From the NCBI RefSeq assembly GCF_035594765.1, contig NC_085841.1, positions 316,829,402 through 316,893,401 on the forward strand: 64,000 bases of DNA, in the 5' to 3' direction. Under the pieces are notes generated by a model that worked only from the letters and a program-made list of their open reading frames with translations, had not been told where the DNA came from and searched no databases. Numbering within the stretch: the stretch's first letter is position 1; each line of letters opens with the position of its first letter. Source of the DNA: Anolis carolinensis. Taxonomy: Eukaryota. Shown here in pieces: positions 1-13,389 of this stretch. The translations under genes were made by a program, and so were the position numbers.

Positions 1-2166
1 AAATTCTCTTTGTATTGGCACTGAAGTGCAATGTTCCAGTAATGCAGAATAGCTCCAAAATGTTATGCAACAATATGATGTAGCCTATTAACTATTAAAA
101 GCCTAGGTTTACATCTTAGTTACTAAGCAAACAGAAATGTCACTATTAAGATAACACCCTTTGGCTTTGCTGTGTGTGAAGAGTTGCAAAGTTTTTGAAC
201 TTTATACTTAGAAATTTACTTTGGTTTAACAATGAAAAGTCATGGCTTGGTTCCAAAGAGGCCTGAGTCAAACTCAGTTCATGCCCTGGAGTGTTCTTCT
301 CCCTCCATCTCTGTGGAACACTCTGTAGGTCACATTATTTTTATTGAGGGCCACATTAGCCTTATGGTTGCTTTCAAGGGGTCATTGAATCCATAGGTAG
401 AATCCATGGATACAGAGGGCCAACTGTAATTTTTTTACATAGTTTTTACCCAATTTGGGTCCCCAGGTGTTATTGAATGACACCTCTCATCACTTTTGAG
501 TACTGGCTTTCTATTTATCCTTGTGTACATAAAGATTTAAAGTTACGTTGTTAAACTTATTGCCTTAATTTTATCAAGCAACACATTAATCTCATTAAGG
601 TAAGATGCTCTGTGGCAGCAACTGTTCTGTCAAGTGTTTATTTCAGCTCTTACACAAAATTGTGTACCTAGTCTGTGACCTACCATGTATACTAAAGCAA
701 TAATATCAGCACAGGTACTGTATTATTAAGACTGTATATATCATGTTGTATACATGTATTAAATATTATAAAATTTTCATTGTACAGAGACTAAAATAAA
801 AAGCAAAAATCGGTTTTTAACAGATTTATGCTATTGTTTCCTGAAAATTGCATTAAGTGCACTGCAGTAACAGGCACACACCTTACCACTTTTCAGTTCT
901 GCTGTCAACAGTTAGCATGTTTATGAATAAATATCATATCGAATGACTAAAAATCTCTTTCCGATATCAAATATGCAGGTTTGAGTGAAGCTATGTGAAG
1001 AAAAACAGAATGCTTTTTAGAGCAACAAGCTCAATTTTGTACCAACCCATTCCAAAATAGAGTCAATCCACATTTTTCACTTTCAAGATTGAGATAATGA
1101 GTTGGGGGAATGAGAGTAAGAGAAAAAAGGGAAAAGAGAGAGAGCCTACTTCTGTAACTTTAGCTACATTAAAAATAGTGCTGGATTGGCTGTAATGTTA
1201 TACCAAACAACCTTCCCCCAGCATCAGCTTTATTTTTTTTAAATGCAGGCAACTTCCTTAAGAGTTGATGAGGACAATACTCATAGTTGTCATCATTTGT
1301 ATTACTGGCTAACTCAAACTACAAAGGTAGAAGAACTCAACCTCAGTGACTCAACTGGAGTGGTCACATTGAGTTGTTTTTATATCATGTTTGCCCTTAG
1401 AATTAATTAAATAGACCTGTAAGTCAAAATAGCCTTGGTCTCAAAGAACATTTATAGTGACATCTTCAAATTACTTCTTGAGTATTTTTTTTAATAACTT
1501 GATAAAAGGCTGCTTATAATTTGAAATCTCTCCCTCCACTTTCAACCTCAAACTATACAGCCTTAGCACTATGTACTTGACTATGGCAAGTGCCTTATTC
1601 AGGTGTACACCAAAGTGAAGCCAGGTGGTAGTACAAAATTTGGGGTGTATTATTATTTCCCTGTCTCAGCTGGAACCCTAGTATTGTCGTCTAGATCAGA
1701 GACTGAGTTCCAATACTTCTGGAGAAGACAACAGTCAGTTTTAGACAGTACTGTCTAAGCTTGGGAGGACAGTAGACTGTAAGTCTCCAGTCAATTCCAC
1801 ATCAAAGGCTTCCTCAGAAACCTTTGCTGCTAAAGCCTCCCACCAGAATGCAGCTATCGAACACAGGATCTTTTGCTACTTCTCATGGCCTGTTTGAGCC
1901 AGCACAGCGTTCTGAGTCAAAACCCACATTAAAAAATCCAGTTCTTGTTAGTCACAGTAAGGCAATCTGGAGAAATTGACAAAGTTCTTGTTAAATAGTA
2001 GTGATTAGGCATCAAGCTTTAATTCCTAAGGTACATTCCATGCAACACTACAGCCAGAAGAATATTTTCCCAAATTTTGGTCCGGTCCATTTCACTACAG
2101 TATATGATAGAAATTTAATGGACACAGAACATAGTAAAAGAGGCATGTGTGTTATCTGGCATAAAT

Positions 2167-2560
2167 ACAGATTGAGTATCCCAAATGCTTGGAACCAGAA
2201 GTGTTTTGGATCCTTGAATACCTGTACAGGTTAGGTATTTCTTATCTCAAGAGCTTAGAACCAGACTTAGTTTGGATTTTTTTTTGGATTTTGGAGTACC
2301 TGTATTATATATAGGTACATAATGCAACATCATGGAGATAGGACCAAAGTCTAAACAACATTAATGTGTTTCATATATACCTTATACACATAACCTGATG
2401 GTAATTTTACACACAATATTTTTTAATAATTTTGTGAAACAAAGTTTGTCTACAATGAATCATCAGAAAGCAAAGTTGTCACTATCTCAACCACCCATGT
2501 GGACAATTTCAGATTTTAGAGTTATTTCTGATTTTGAAATTCCTGGCATGGAATGCTTAG
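2167..2560. mobile_element. Older TA-flanked DNA transposon family (further copies at about 4960-5460, 8470-9400 and 61345-61630)
   Basis: Shared motifs caggttgagtatccc, aaacataaatgaattt and aaattaccttcag recur across the window. Confidence 0.6.
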
Positions 2561-5500
2561 CCTGTACAAACAAATAATACAATAATACAATTAGGTAGAC
2601 CAACTTCATCTAACATAATATGGTATGAGTAAATACTCACTGGGCAGCATCTACCCAAGTGTTCAGAGACATGGGTTTTTCCCTTGGAGATGACAATAAT
2701 TGAACCTGGAACTCCTTGCATGAGTTCTACCACAGAGCTACAGCCTTTAGATAGGCAGGCAGATAGAAAGGTCAACATACACAAATACATACAAAAGGGT
2801 ATACAGAACCTTTACTTCATACAATTTGTCCTACAAGGACAGTATGTAACCAATCAAGAAACAAGAAATAGTTTAGGAAATACATTTCTTTGGTTGTAAA
2901 TTTAATGGAGCTTCTTTCTGAAAAAGGAGCAGCTGCCTAACACATTTGGCACATTTCTCTAGAAATACAGCTCTGGAAAATATTTGTAGAACAGCTTCTT
3001 TGGCTAACCGCTAGATCTCTACTGAAAGCTAATGTAGCAGAGTGGTTATGAGACTGAATTGTGAATTTACGTCTCCCAGTTTTGATGCTTTCTTGGTCAT
3101 ACACTCACTGGGTGGCCTGTAGCAACTCACTTTTTCTGAGCTTTAGTTTCACATTCACGCTATGCAGATAATAATACTGCCCCATCTAAGAGAGGATTGA
3201 AATCACTACATTGTCATAGCTTTCTGTAATGTATACTATAATTTAAAGTGTATGTCTGGCTATCTATTGTGCCATACAAATCTAGACGTTTCATCATAGA
3301 AGCATTAAGCATGATAAGGTATACAATGGGATCAAAACAAACACTTTATTTTGGTTTCAGACCCAATCTACCCGTTTGTATACCTCCCAGACACATCCTT
3401 TGAATTTCAATGTTCTCGAAGGTGCATTTATGAACTGATTTTGCCCAATTGTCATATGTTTTTAACATGTTTGTGCAACTTCAGAACCAATCAGAAATGT
3501 TTTTTCACCTGAGAAATAGTGGCTTCAGACACATTTGTGTTTTGAAGCAGATGTAATGCATTTAGGTGCAACGTTAAAACTCCCCCCTCCCCCCCCATTA
3601 AAACGATATAGAAAACTAGCAACATCCATTGGGGGCGATGCCAGGTAAATTTCAGAATGCTATGAATGCTGAAATGTTAACAAGTCATCTTGGATTAGAC
3701 TCTGCAGTCAATGTTGTAATGCAGTTATCTGTACTTCCCTACTTGAAAAATTCTACTTTGGCATGTGTGTATTTCTAATGGGTTTAATTTTCTTGCATCC
3801 CTCGTACCAAATACATAAAGGAGAAGCTGGACTTATCAATGTGTTCCTTTCCTTTCATAAGAAAGGAGAGGCAAGTAGTCCCACCCTCTGTAAATATATC
3901 TGTGCTGATGGGTGGGCTGTATGTCTAATTTGAACAATGATGTATGAGGAGTGCCAGATAAGACACTCCAGAAGTAAGTCTGTGCCTGCTCTGCTTTCAT
4001 TTTCTGTTGTTTTTTTACATATTGTTTTCAAGCAGCTTTCTAACATATTTAATTGTCTGTCATTTCCAAGTGTTATATCTAAATGTACCTATGTTCTAAT
4101 GAAATTATTCCCAAACTAAGCAGTTCCTGAGCTTTTTATGTGGTTTAACAATTTGTGGGACCTGACTGAAGACGGATGAGATTTTCTTTAGTTCATGTTT
4201 TTTTAGGAATCACTTGTGAAATCTTATTCTTTTCTTTATAAATGGAGGAGAAATGATTTCAGATTTTCAAGATTCACATGCAGAAAAAAATCAATGCAGA
4301 ACACTTTGAATATTCAACTCTTAAAAATCCAGGAAAAAACAATTTAACCAACCATGTTTCTGGGTTTCTCCTGTAAGGTCTTCATTCTTAACAACTACAT
4401 GATGGGAAGGTACAGCCCATCACTGTCTATGTTGGAAACTGGCTATTTTAAATCACTAAGAATTTTGTTCCTTTTCCACACTTTAAAAATCTTTCATGAA
4501 TACATGAAGATAACCTGAGGCTAAAGGATTTTTTGCTCTGGAGAAAGTAAAACTGTCATATCCATCAACATTAAGATTAGCTCTTTTCAGAGTAAGAGGA
4601 TGAGTCAGCTCCTTCCAGGACAGCAAACAATTAAAGGCATATTGATATGTATCATCTGATATTCAACAATAAAGGAAATATGTATTACTGTATTTTGATT
4701 ATAAAACACTTTAACCAGCCAAAATATTTAGGTTGCTAGACTGAAGCTATCTGAATGACAGGCAACACTTCTGCCTTTACTAAGGAACCATGTGGGATAA
4801 AATGTCTAACAATATTAATCTGACAGCACCATTTCAACAGTATTTATGTATTTATTTATTTTACAGGAATAAGCATTTGTATATTGTTGTTTAAAGAAAA
4901 ATACATTTCATGGAAATTTTTTGATACATTTTATAACTGAAGTTTATATGAATAATGCTGGTTGAGAGCCTCTCTTCTCTGAAATACTTGAGATCTTAAG
5001 TTATTTTTGGATATACAATATTTTTGGAATATCTCTATTTGTATATGCATAGTTCATGGGGGATGGGGGGGAAACATATATGTTGTATCATGTGTGATTA
5101 TTGCTAAAGTGCATTCTTCCTAGACCTTAGAAGCAACATAAGTAATACAGGTTGATCATCACTTGTCTGGAAATCTGAAATATTCCAACATTCACAATTA
5201 TCCACATGGGTGACTGACATAGTAACATTTTGATGGTTCAGTTTACATGGACTTTGCTTCATACATAAAATTATTTTTAAAAGATTGTACATAAATTACT
5301 TTCAAGCTATGTGCATAAGGTGTTTGAAACAATGAAATTTGTTTAGACTTGGCTCTCATCTGCAATATATTTCACGTATACTGTATGCAGATATTTCAGA
5401 ATCTGAAAAACCCAAAGCACTTCTAGTCCCAAGCATTTAGGATAAGGGATACTCAGCCTATAGTATCACTTTTTTTAAGTAAAAAGAGTAGCATCATTGC

Positions 5501-6155
5501 TTTTAATCATTTTAATAACAGTGACAAATTAGAATTGATTTTATAACTTGTACGTTCAAAAATATTATGGGGGAGATAGTTGGTCATTTTTAGTTATTTT
5601 TTAAAAAAATTAGTAATGTATATATGTAATGTGCATTATTTCATCCTAATGAGTGATGCATTACTCTTAAAAATGATAATTAATAAGCAATGCACTACTT
5701 TTTTTGAGTAGCAGGTTTTTTTTCTATATGATACATCATCATCTCCAGGAAGGGAGTAAAAGAGCTTGTTAATAGTTTTTGACAAAACAATTTCCTACTA
5801 TCTCAAAGGATTTAAAAAAAAAAAGATTCCTTGACCATCATAATTCCAAGTGTTTTGTGTGGAATAAAATTTTATTCAAGAACCAAAATAGTGTAGCTGT
5901 ATGAGTGCTGAATCCTGGTAGACCAGGATTCAAATTCCCATTTGGCCAAATAAAACCTTGAGCAAGACACCTTCTGTCACCTTGAGGAACACAGTGGCAA
6001 CCCCCCTGGACAAATGCTGCCCAAACTCCTCCCCCATGATAGATTCACCTTAGTGTCACCATAAGTTAGAAATGACTTGTGAATAGCTTCCTTTTCAATT
6101 TACTAAACAGTATTGAACATTACAGCTTATACTTCAAACACACAAGGAAAATGTA

Positions 6156-6518
6156 TACAGTTCTGACACTCCGTATTATCCGACATGCTGGCCGCATCTT
6201 GTCCCTCCCAGCGGGTGCCCAGCGCTTGGAGAGGCCTGCTGCGCATTGCTGAGAAACAGCTGTTTTTCTAGGCAGCAATGCACAGCGTGCCTCTTCAAAC
6301 AGGGTGCTAGCCAGGAGGGACAAGATGCGGTTGGTGCACACTTTTCCCTTCCAGCAAGCGCCCGGTGCTCTGAGAGGCCCGCTGCGCATTGCTACCTAGA
6401 AAAACAGTACTTTCTCAGCAACACGCAGTTTTTCCTTAATCCCACCTTATTACCCAACATGTTCGCTTATCCAACATTCTGTCGGCCCATTTATGTTGGA
6501 TAAGCAAGACTCTACTTT
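6156..6518. mobile_element. Tc1/mariner-type MITE variant with internal inverted repeats
   Basis: The right end (ttggataagcaagactctact) matches the family above. It has internal GC-rich inverted segments. Confidence 0.65.
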
Positions 6519-8516
6519 ATATATAATTGAAATATGCATTAAGAAATATCATGCAGAAAGAGAAAGGTGGACTGCACATATCTGTGCTACAATATTACAT
6601 ACAGTGTACGATCCCCATATAGGCAGGCATGTGGCTTCATTAATTCACATGCCACAAAATTTGTCTCTAGGAGCAGAAGTCCTTCATTTTAAAAGGGTTT
6701 GCTATTATTTCATGTATTCACGTGAAATCCAGAAACTTATTTCGTACTTATTTACCATAAAGGATGTGAAGTAAAATAATTAGTGGAAGGTCTTTTTCCA
6801 CATTCTAGAGGCAAATGTGGGCAAATTATGGTCCAATTCCCCCCCCACCCCCGATGTTTTTGAGTCCCTTGACAACTCCAAAATTCTAAGATCTACCTTC
6901 TTCCCAAAGAAAGGGTGAACTTCTGCTCCTGGAAAGCTCCTGGTGCAACAGCAACATTTAAATAGGTTGCAAGGCTTCCCTGTACTGTTTAAAATTAACA
7001 AATACCAATTTTGATATTTAGATGTATATTTCTGCCCATGGGGGCATTATAGTTTCGGTAGTCCATGTGATATCTATATGGTCCCAGTGCATAAAAGTGT
7101 CCCCCAGACCTTCTGCAGTTTCCCACCTTTACTATAAGGAATATGGGCTTGTTTTGGGAAAAGGTAAAATAATAGAATTTCACAACCTTTGCAACCTCTC
7201 CCCCCATGGCTCCTTGCAAATGTATGCTGGAAATTGGACATTATTAATTAAAAGAGGGAACAATGTTCAATTCCACTTCAGATTTAAATATCAACCCACA
7301 ATTTTGGAAAACAAGTGGGGGAGCACTTTTCTATCCACATAAATAGCATCTTTTATCTAGACCTTGGAAATACATAATTCTAACCTTAAACATTACTTCT
7401 CCTTTCCCTCTCTACCAGTAACATAAACCCTAGACTATGTTTCCTGGCAAAGGCTCCCACAAACTCAGCCAGATTTACATGTTTGCACCTCCCCCAGTAA
7501 TACAAAGACACAATGTACTCTCTCTTTGCCCAGGTCCAAGACTATCTTGGCAGTTAACAGCCCCCACTTTGTTTTATTTTTGTTATTTGCACGCAAGATG
7601 AGACATAAGACAAACTATTTTAATAGAGCAACTGATTAGCAGGATTAAATTAATAGAGGAGTTAAAGTACAATTTTCCCTTTAGCTGGATTTAAATTGGG
7701 GCTGTGACAATCTCCTGTGCAATAGTAGGCAAAACAAATGGTTGCTATAAAAGAAATCTACATACAGTACATGCAAATAATCTTATTTTTTTTCTCAAAA
7801 TGACAATATGACTAGGCGAAGAGAAGACTCTTCCTCGAGCAACTTTAAACCAGTGGGAAAATCCATTATGGATGTGAGAAATAACATTTTCAAGACAGAT
7901 TAAGACAGAAAGGGGCTAGTCGGAGGATGATTACTGCTGGATCTGGAAACCAATTTCTTATCTTTAGTCCTTATAGTATGACTATGTCCTAATTTAGAGT
8001 CAGTGTTTGTTTAGAATAAACTTCATCAAATGGTAAATCTTCGAATAGACTGCGCTGAGGACTGCAGCCATGCATCTCAATTACCCAAACAATCTGCAGC
8101 ATACTCAGTTCACTGAATCTGCTGTCCTGCAAGAACATGAGCCACATGTTCCTGCATGACATGGTAAGGAAGCTATAGAAGACATGTTTCTACATATCAC
8201 ATCCAGTTTCTTGCCTTCATTATCAACCTGGGCAGTCTGGATCTTTTGAGTGGTCTTGGATTGGACAGTACCAATGAAAAATGAATTTGGTTTTGGATGT
8301 TTCACTAACCAATCAATTCTGGAATCCATGACCTTATACAGGCTTTCACACTTCTTTGCAGTAGACAGCATTGATGAAAGAGTGGCTCAAGGATCAAAAA
8401 CAATGCATCAATGAAGGAGGTATTGAAAAGAAATGACATAGAAGCCGGGTAAGGCACTGTATGTATGTATGTTCAACATACATAAACTTTGTTTAATGCA
8501 CAAAATTATTAAAATA

Positions 8517-9025
8517 CTAGCTGTGCCCGGCCACGCGTTGCTGTGGCAAAGTATGGTGGTATGGGAAATAAAGTATTGAGGAATTGGTGGTAGTTAAGGT
8601 AAAGGGTAAAGGTATGGAGTCCAGATAATCAAGTTAAAGCAGATAATATAAGATTATAAATGGGTTATATAGCTGTGTGGAAGGGCCTTGAGTATACACT
8701 GCCATCTAATCCAGTTAAAATCTGATAATTTGTATTTTATAGGCAGTGTGGAAGAGGCCTAAGTGAGGCCTAACTCTGCCTGTCCCCTGGGTGAGTGGGT
8801 TGCTAGGAGACCAAGTGGGCGGAGCTTAGTCTTCTAACTGGCAGCAATTGGATAAAAACAATTATTCCTCTCCCTCTAATTAGGACTTTATTTTTCTTTT
8901 CTTTTTGTTGTATCAACCTAGAGGCGTGGGTGATGGGTTGTGTTGTCAATTTTTGAGGTTGTGGGGTGTTTAGTTTTGTTGTTTTGGCGGTCGCCAGGAT
9001 TCCATCACTCTTTTATATATATAGA
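8517..9025 (-). mobile_element. Non-autonomous Helitron
   Basis: The minus strand begins TC(tatatatataaaag) and ends with a GCCAC...GTGGC hairpin plus CTAG. It is inserted between A and T with no TSD. Confidence 0.85.
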
Positions 9026-9439
9026 TTATATAAAATTACCTTCAGGAGTATAGCATATATATGAAACATAAATGGAGTTTGTGTTTGGAACTGAGTCCCA
9101 CCTTCATGATACCTTTTTATGTATATATAGTTGATATTGATCTACTGGAATTTTGTTCCAGGACAAACCCAAAGATATCAAAATCCTTGGATATTCAAGT
9201 TCTATTATATACACTGCTGTAGTAAAATGGTATCAAGATTTGCTTCTTTGATTGTTTATTTCTTTGAAATGTTTTCAAGCCATGGATGATTGATCCAAGT
9301 ATACAGAACATGTGGGTACAGAAAACTAACTGTATATAGAAATACAGTTATTAAAAAATCTGGGAAAAAAGACAAATTCAGAAACACTTCTGTTCTGAAG
9401 CAGCCCATAAATTTTCTATGAACGAAATATGCTTTTCAT

Positions 9440-9640
9440 ATCAGATCTTTTCTGATATTGGAAGCTAAGCAAGGTCAGGTCTGGTTAGTACTTGGATGGG
9501 AGACTATTAAATACTAGGTGCTGAAGGCTGTATTTCAGAGGAAGGAACTTGCAAACCACCTTTAAGTATCCTTTATCTAAGAAAACCATGTTAAATTTGT
9601 GGGGTCAACAAGAGACCTAAAGACACATACACACATATGA
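9440..9640 (+). mobile_element. 5S rRNA-derived SINE (second copy at about 37190-37400)
   Basis: The head gaagctaagcaaggtcaggtctggttagtacttggatgggagac resembles the 5S internal control region and is followed by a non-5S SINE body. Confidence 0.8.
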
Positions 9641-9984
9641 GATGTTTACATTAATATCACTAAGTGAATGAATAAATGGCTTAAAATTGTTGCAAATTAT
9701 ATTCTATTATCATTGCTTTTCCATTTTTTAACTTCTGTGTCAACTTTTTTTTTCAAATCTTAGAATAGGTCACAGATGTGTTGTATACTTCAGGAGACCC
9801 AGTGTATCTAGTATGTACCACAGCAGCCTTTCTTTGTGAAAGCAATATTGTACTATGTAAAATGCACCCATTACACCAGCACATTAAATCCACACACTAA
9901 AAATTGTAATGCGAACAAAACATTTTGGCTTTTGCCTTCTTTAATTGTTAAAACTGAGATGTATCTAAAGTCACAATTTAAAAT

Positions 9985-10290
9985 ACCCTGTTTTCAACAT
10001 TCTTCAGTGGATGATGGAATTATTCTTTAGGTTGAAGCCATATAGTATTAGGATCTTATGTCTATGAATCCGGAAATTGTATTTTGCCTAAATGCCCGAA
10101 AACCAATTCTTTGTACCAAATGGGAACAAATGAAACAAGCTGTGATGCTCTGAGTTAAAATGGCTAGCCACTGGTTGCTCAAGCTTCTTGGTCAGACCTG
10201 TGAATGCCGAAATATGTATGCAGGTTCTCTGGCTGTATTCCTTACATATTGTAGATGACATTTTGCATGCCTGCATTAAATTACATAAAG
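9985..10290 (-). mobile_element. Old Penelope-like fragment (GIY-YIG endonuclease remnant)
   Basis: The minus-strand peptide ...LEQPVASHFNSEHHS... resembles the C-terminus of a PLE GIY-YIG domain. A degenerate CTGAAGA...GAAA lies near 9990-10008. Confidence 0.5.
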
Positions 10291-10454
10291 AAAATGCAGG
10301 ACCAGCATGTGATATGCTGTTTAATATAGTTGATGCTTCTAATCACTATGCTTCTAAAAATGACAGTCTGCTTAAGTTACCTATGACTGATATAACACTT
10401 TGAATTGCAAGGGTGCAATCTTGGACTGCTGACTTGTGTTTACAGGAATGAAAA

Positions 10455-11540
10455 TATACACACATAGACAATGCCAAAAATGTATACACATTTTAAGAAA
10501 GGAAAATTAAAATTCTAATACTCAATATATACTAGTAACAAAAGATGAATACATGCCACATTTAACTTCTGCAATTAAAGAGGTGCTCAGAGTTACCATC
10601 AGCATTCAGACACTTCTGCTTATGGCAAGCTATTGTCCATTTGTATTTCTCCCAGAGCCATAGCCAGAAAAAAAATTGGGGGGAGGGGGGGCTTTTTTAA
10701 AGAGAATCATGAAGAGTAGTTACATAACGCAAAAATAATATAGAAATCAGGTTCCATTGATAAACTTCAGTGAACACTCAAGCCAGATAAATTTCAGTGG
10801 ACACTCATGTGGATTTGGTTAATCAGTTAAAATTCATGAGTAAACCAGTTTTTTTTTAAAAAAAACAAAACCTAAATTTGGGGGGGGGGGGTTGAACCCC
10901 TAACCCCCCGGCCCCCCTTGGCTACAGCCCTGATTGCTCCTCATCCTCTTCTATGATGTTTTGGAACCAATCACAATTCTGCACCCTTCAATCAGTGTTG
11001 TCTTCATTCAGTGCTTGCAATAATCTTGGGATGAAAACTTTCCATTTTGCCGTTTTAAGAATGTGCTGTATGCTTGTTCTGCTAACTCCTGTCTCACAAG
11101 CAGACTTGTTTGGCAGAATTCTGTGGCAAGCGTGTAAACTGTTCCAACACCATAGCAGATGAAGCAGATCTTCCAATGTGTACATCACACACAATACCAT
11201 GCATCTCAAATTTATGATGAATGTGTGCAGTTGTGAGGCATGTTGGAAATTCTGCTGAATACTTACACCTCCATTGTGTTAGTTCCACAATGTTCTCGAA
11301 TTTCAAATACCACTTCAAAAGTCTTGTACTCCCCTCAAATGACAACCATGTTTCCACCATTTTTGTTGACTGTTCTGCCTGTCGCATGGTGACACTAGCA
11401 TTCATTTGATTAATGCCATTTTTTGAGTGAATGTCATGCGACACATTGCTACTGTAATTTAAATCAACTTCAGAAAGCAATACATACATCTCTTAAAATG
11501 TGTATACATTTTATTGTATATGCCCATGTGTGTGTATAAA
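10455..11540 (-). mobile_element. Decayed Tc1/mariner transposon with transposase N-terminal fragments
   Basis: Inverted termini (aaatgtatacacattttaaga / tcttaaaatgtgtatacattt). Minus-strand fragments LKWYLKFENIVE and ETGVSRTSIQHILKTAKWKVFIPRLLQALNED resemble a transposase HTH. Confidence 0.75.
10653..10932. mobile_element. hAT-type MITE nested in mariner remnant
   Basis: CAG...CTG TIRs with an 8-bp TSD, ATTTCTCC/ATTGCTCC. Confidence 0.75.
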
Positions 11541-13254
11541 AAAGTCTATATTTCTGTACTTGAGACTAGTAACAGCAAAATCTTTCTGATGAAGAATGGC
11601 ACACAAAACGAATAAAAGCAAAATGCAGTCCAAGCAAATGCAATTAAAATGTAAGCAATTCTTCTCCGTTTGGTTGAAATTACCATTTTATTGTAGTTTC
11701 TTGAAAGATGTCAGGAAAAAAAATCTTCCAAGGACTGTTGTCTTGAAGTTATAAAACGAAGATAGTGGATCAGAGTGTACTTCGAATCACTCTGTTTCAT
11801 TTTATAAACAACAGAATGGCTAATACAAGTTTGGAGAAGCTTGGATTCATCCTTGCAGTGACTGTGACTGCAGTGGCTATGACTGAAAGAACAATTCAGG
11901 TGGAAAGTTTCAGTTGTGTCTGCTTCAGTCTTTTTCCACAACTGACATACAAGTACTGCTGAAGTACTGGTTAACCTAGTCAAATAAATTCGGCTCCATT
12001 AAATAGAAATATACAATACTCTATGTGCAATCAGTCTCTAAATTTGAGTTACCAAAACAAATGTACCACACCTGATTAGATAACAAAAAACAAGACCTGT
12101 GTTAAGTCTAGTTATGTTGAATGTCAAATTAAAATTTTTATAGTCATGTCAGTTATTGGTGAATAGCAAAGTGAGAACTATAATCCACAAACATTTTGAG
12201 GACCTGTTGTAGGTTTGTTAATGTTGTACACTTTTACAATTATTATGCATGAGATATCTAGTTCTAATATTTTGATTTAACATAAATTAACTTTAACCTC
12301 TTCACATGTATGAAACAAGAGCTTTGTTTCATTTTCACATTTTGTTTTGCACTGTGGTATTTTTCTTTTATCTCACTCTTAATTTTCACTGAAACAGTAC
12401 ATTCATATCTGGACCTCAAATCATGAATAATATTAGCAGAAAATAAACATTCATTAATACTAGGATACAAGCTAAGGAAAACATTTATTTAAAAAAATCA
12501 ACACCGTAACTACACAGTATTACCACATATTGCAGATTGTCATAAAATAAATGGTGGCTTTAGAAACTACATGACAAGTGCAGTGAAAGCCATGGCAAAA
12601 TAACATAATTCATACAATTCTGTCCCAGTATAACTGGAAAAGCAATGACAGCATAATCCAAATCAGGAACTGATTGCCAAAAGACAAGCAACATTTAACA
12701 GGCTCTGCTGACACCCTAGATATGTAATGTATTCTGGAAGATGGAGGAGTAGAGGAAGTTGACCTCACATCCCCACATCCTCACAATGACTGATATATGC
12801 AAGTGTGGAAGAAAATCAGATTATGCACAGATAGACAGTTTCCATTCACCAAACTTCGATAGCATTCCTGCATGGATACATAGGATATAATTCAAAATGC
12901 AATCCCTTACAAACAGAGCTGGCCCTAGGTATTTTTCAAGTGTCAGCGAACAGAATTTTGGCGCCCCCCCCCCCCCAAACCAATCACTGAAAAATAAAAG
13001 CGTTGGATAAGTGAAAATGTTGGATAATAAGGAGGGATTAAGGAAAAAGCCTATTAAACATCAAATTACATTAAGATTTTACAAATTAAGCACCAAAACA
13101 TGTTTTACAACAAATCAACAGAAAAAGCAGTCTCGACTGCGCCCCCGTATGTTTTGCTGTCACATAGACACTCTGAGACTAAGATACCTAGCAGAATACC
13201 TTCTGCGTTAGTGCCCATTCAACCTTAGCAGAAGCTGTAACAGATGTTCTAGAG

Positions 13255-13389
13255 CAGTGGTTCTCAACCTATGGATCCCCAGGTGTTTTGTCCTACAACC
13301 CCCAGAAATCCCAGCCAGTTTACCAGCTGTTAGGATATCTGGGAGTTGAAGGCCAAAACATCTGGGGACCCACAGGTTGAGAACCACTG
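13255..13389. mobile_element. hAT MITE (135 bp)
   Basis: TIR CAGTGGTTCTCAACCT with an 8-bp TSD, TTCTAGAG. Confidence 0.92.

Noticed and set aside
9440-9525. 5S rRNA gene
   Set aside because: Diverged, truncated and fused to a SINE body, so it is a 5S-derived SINE. The same applies at about 37190.
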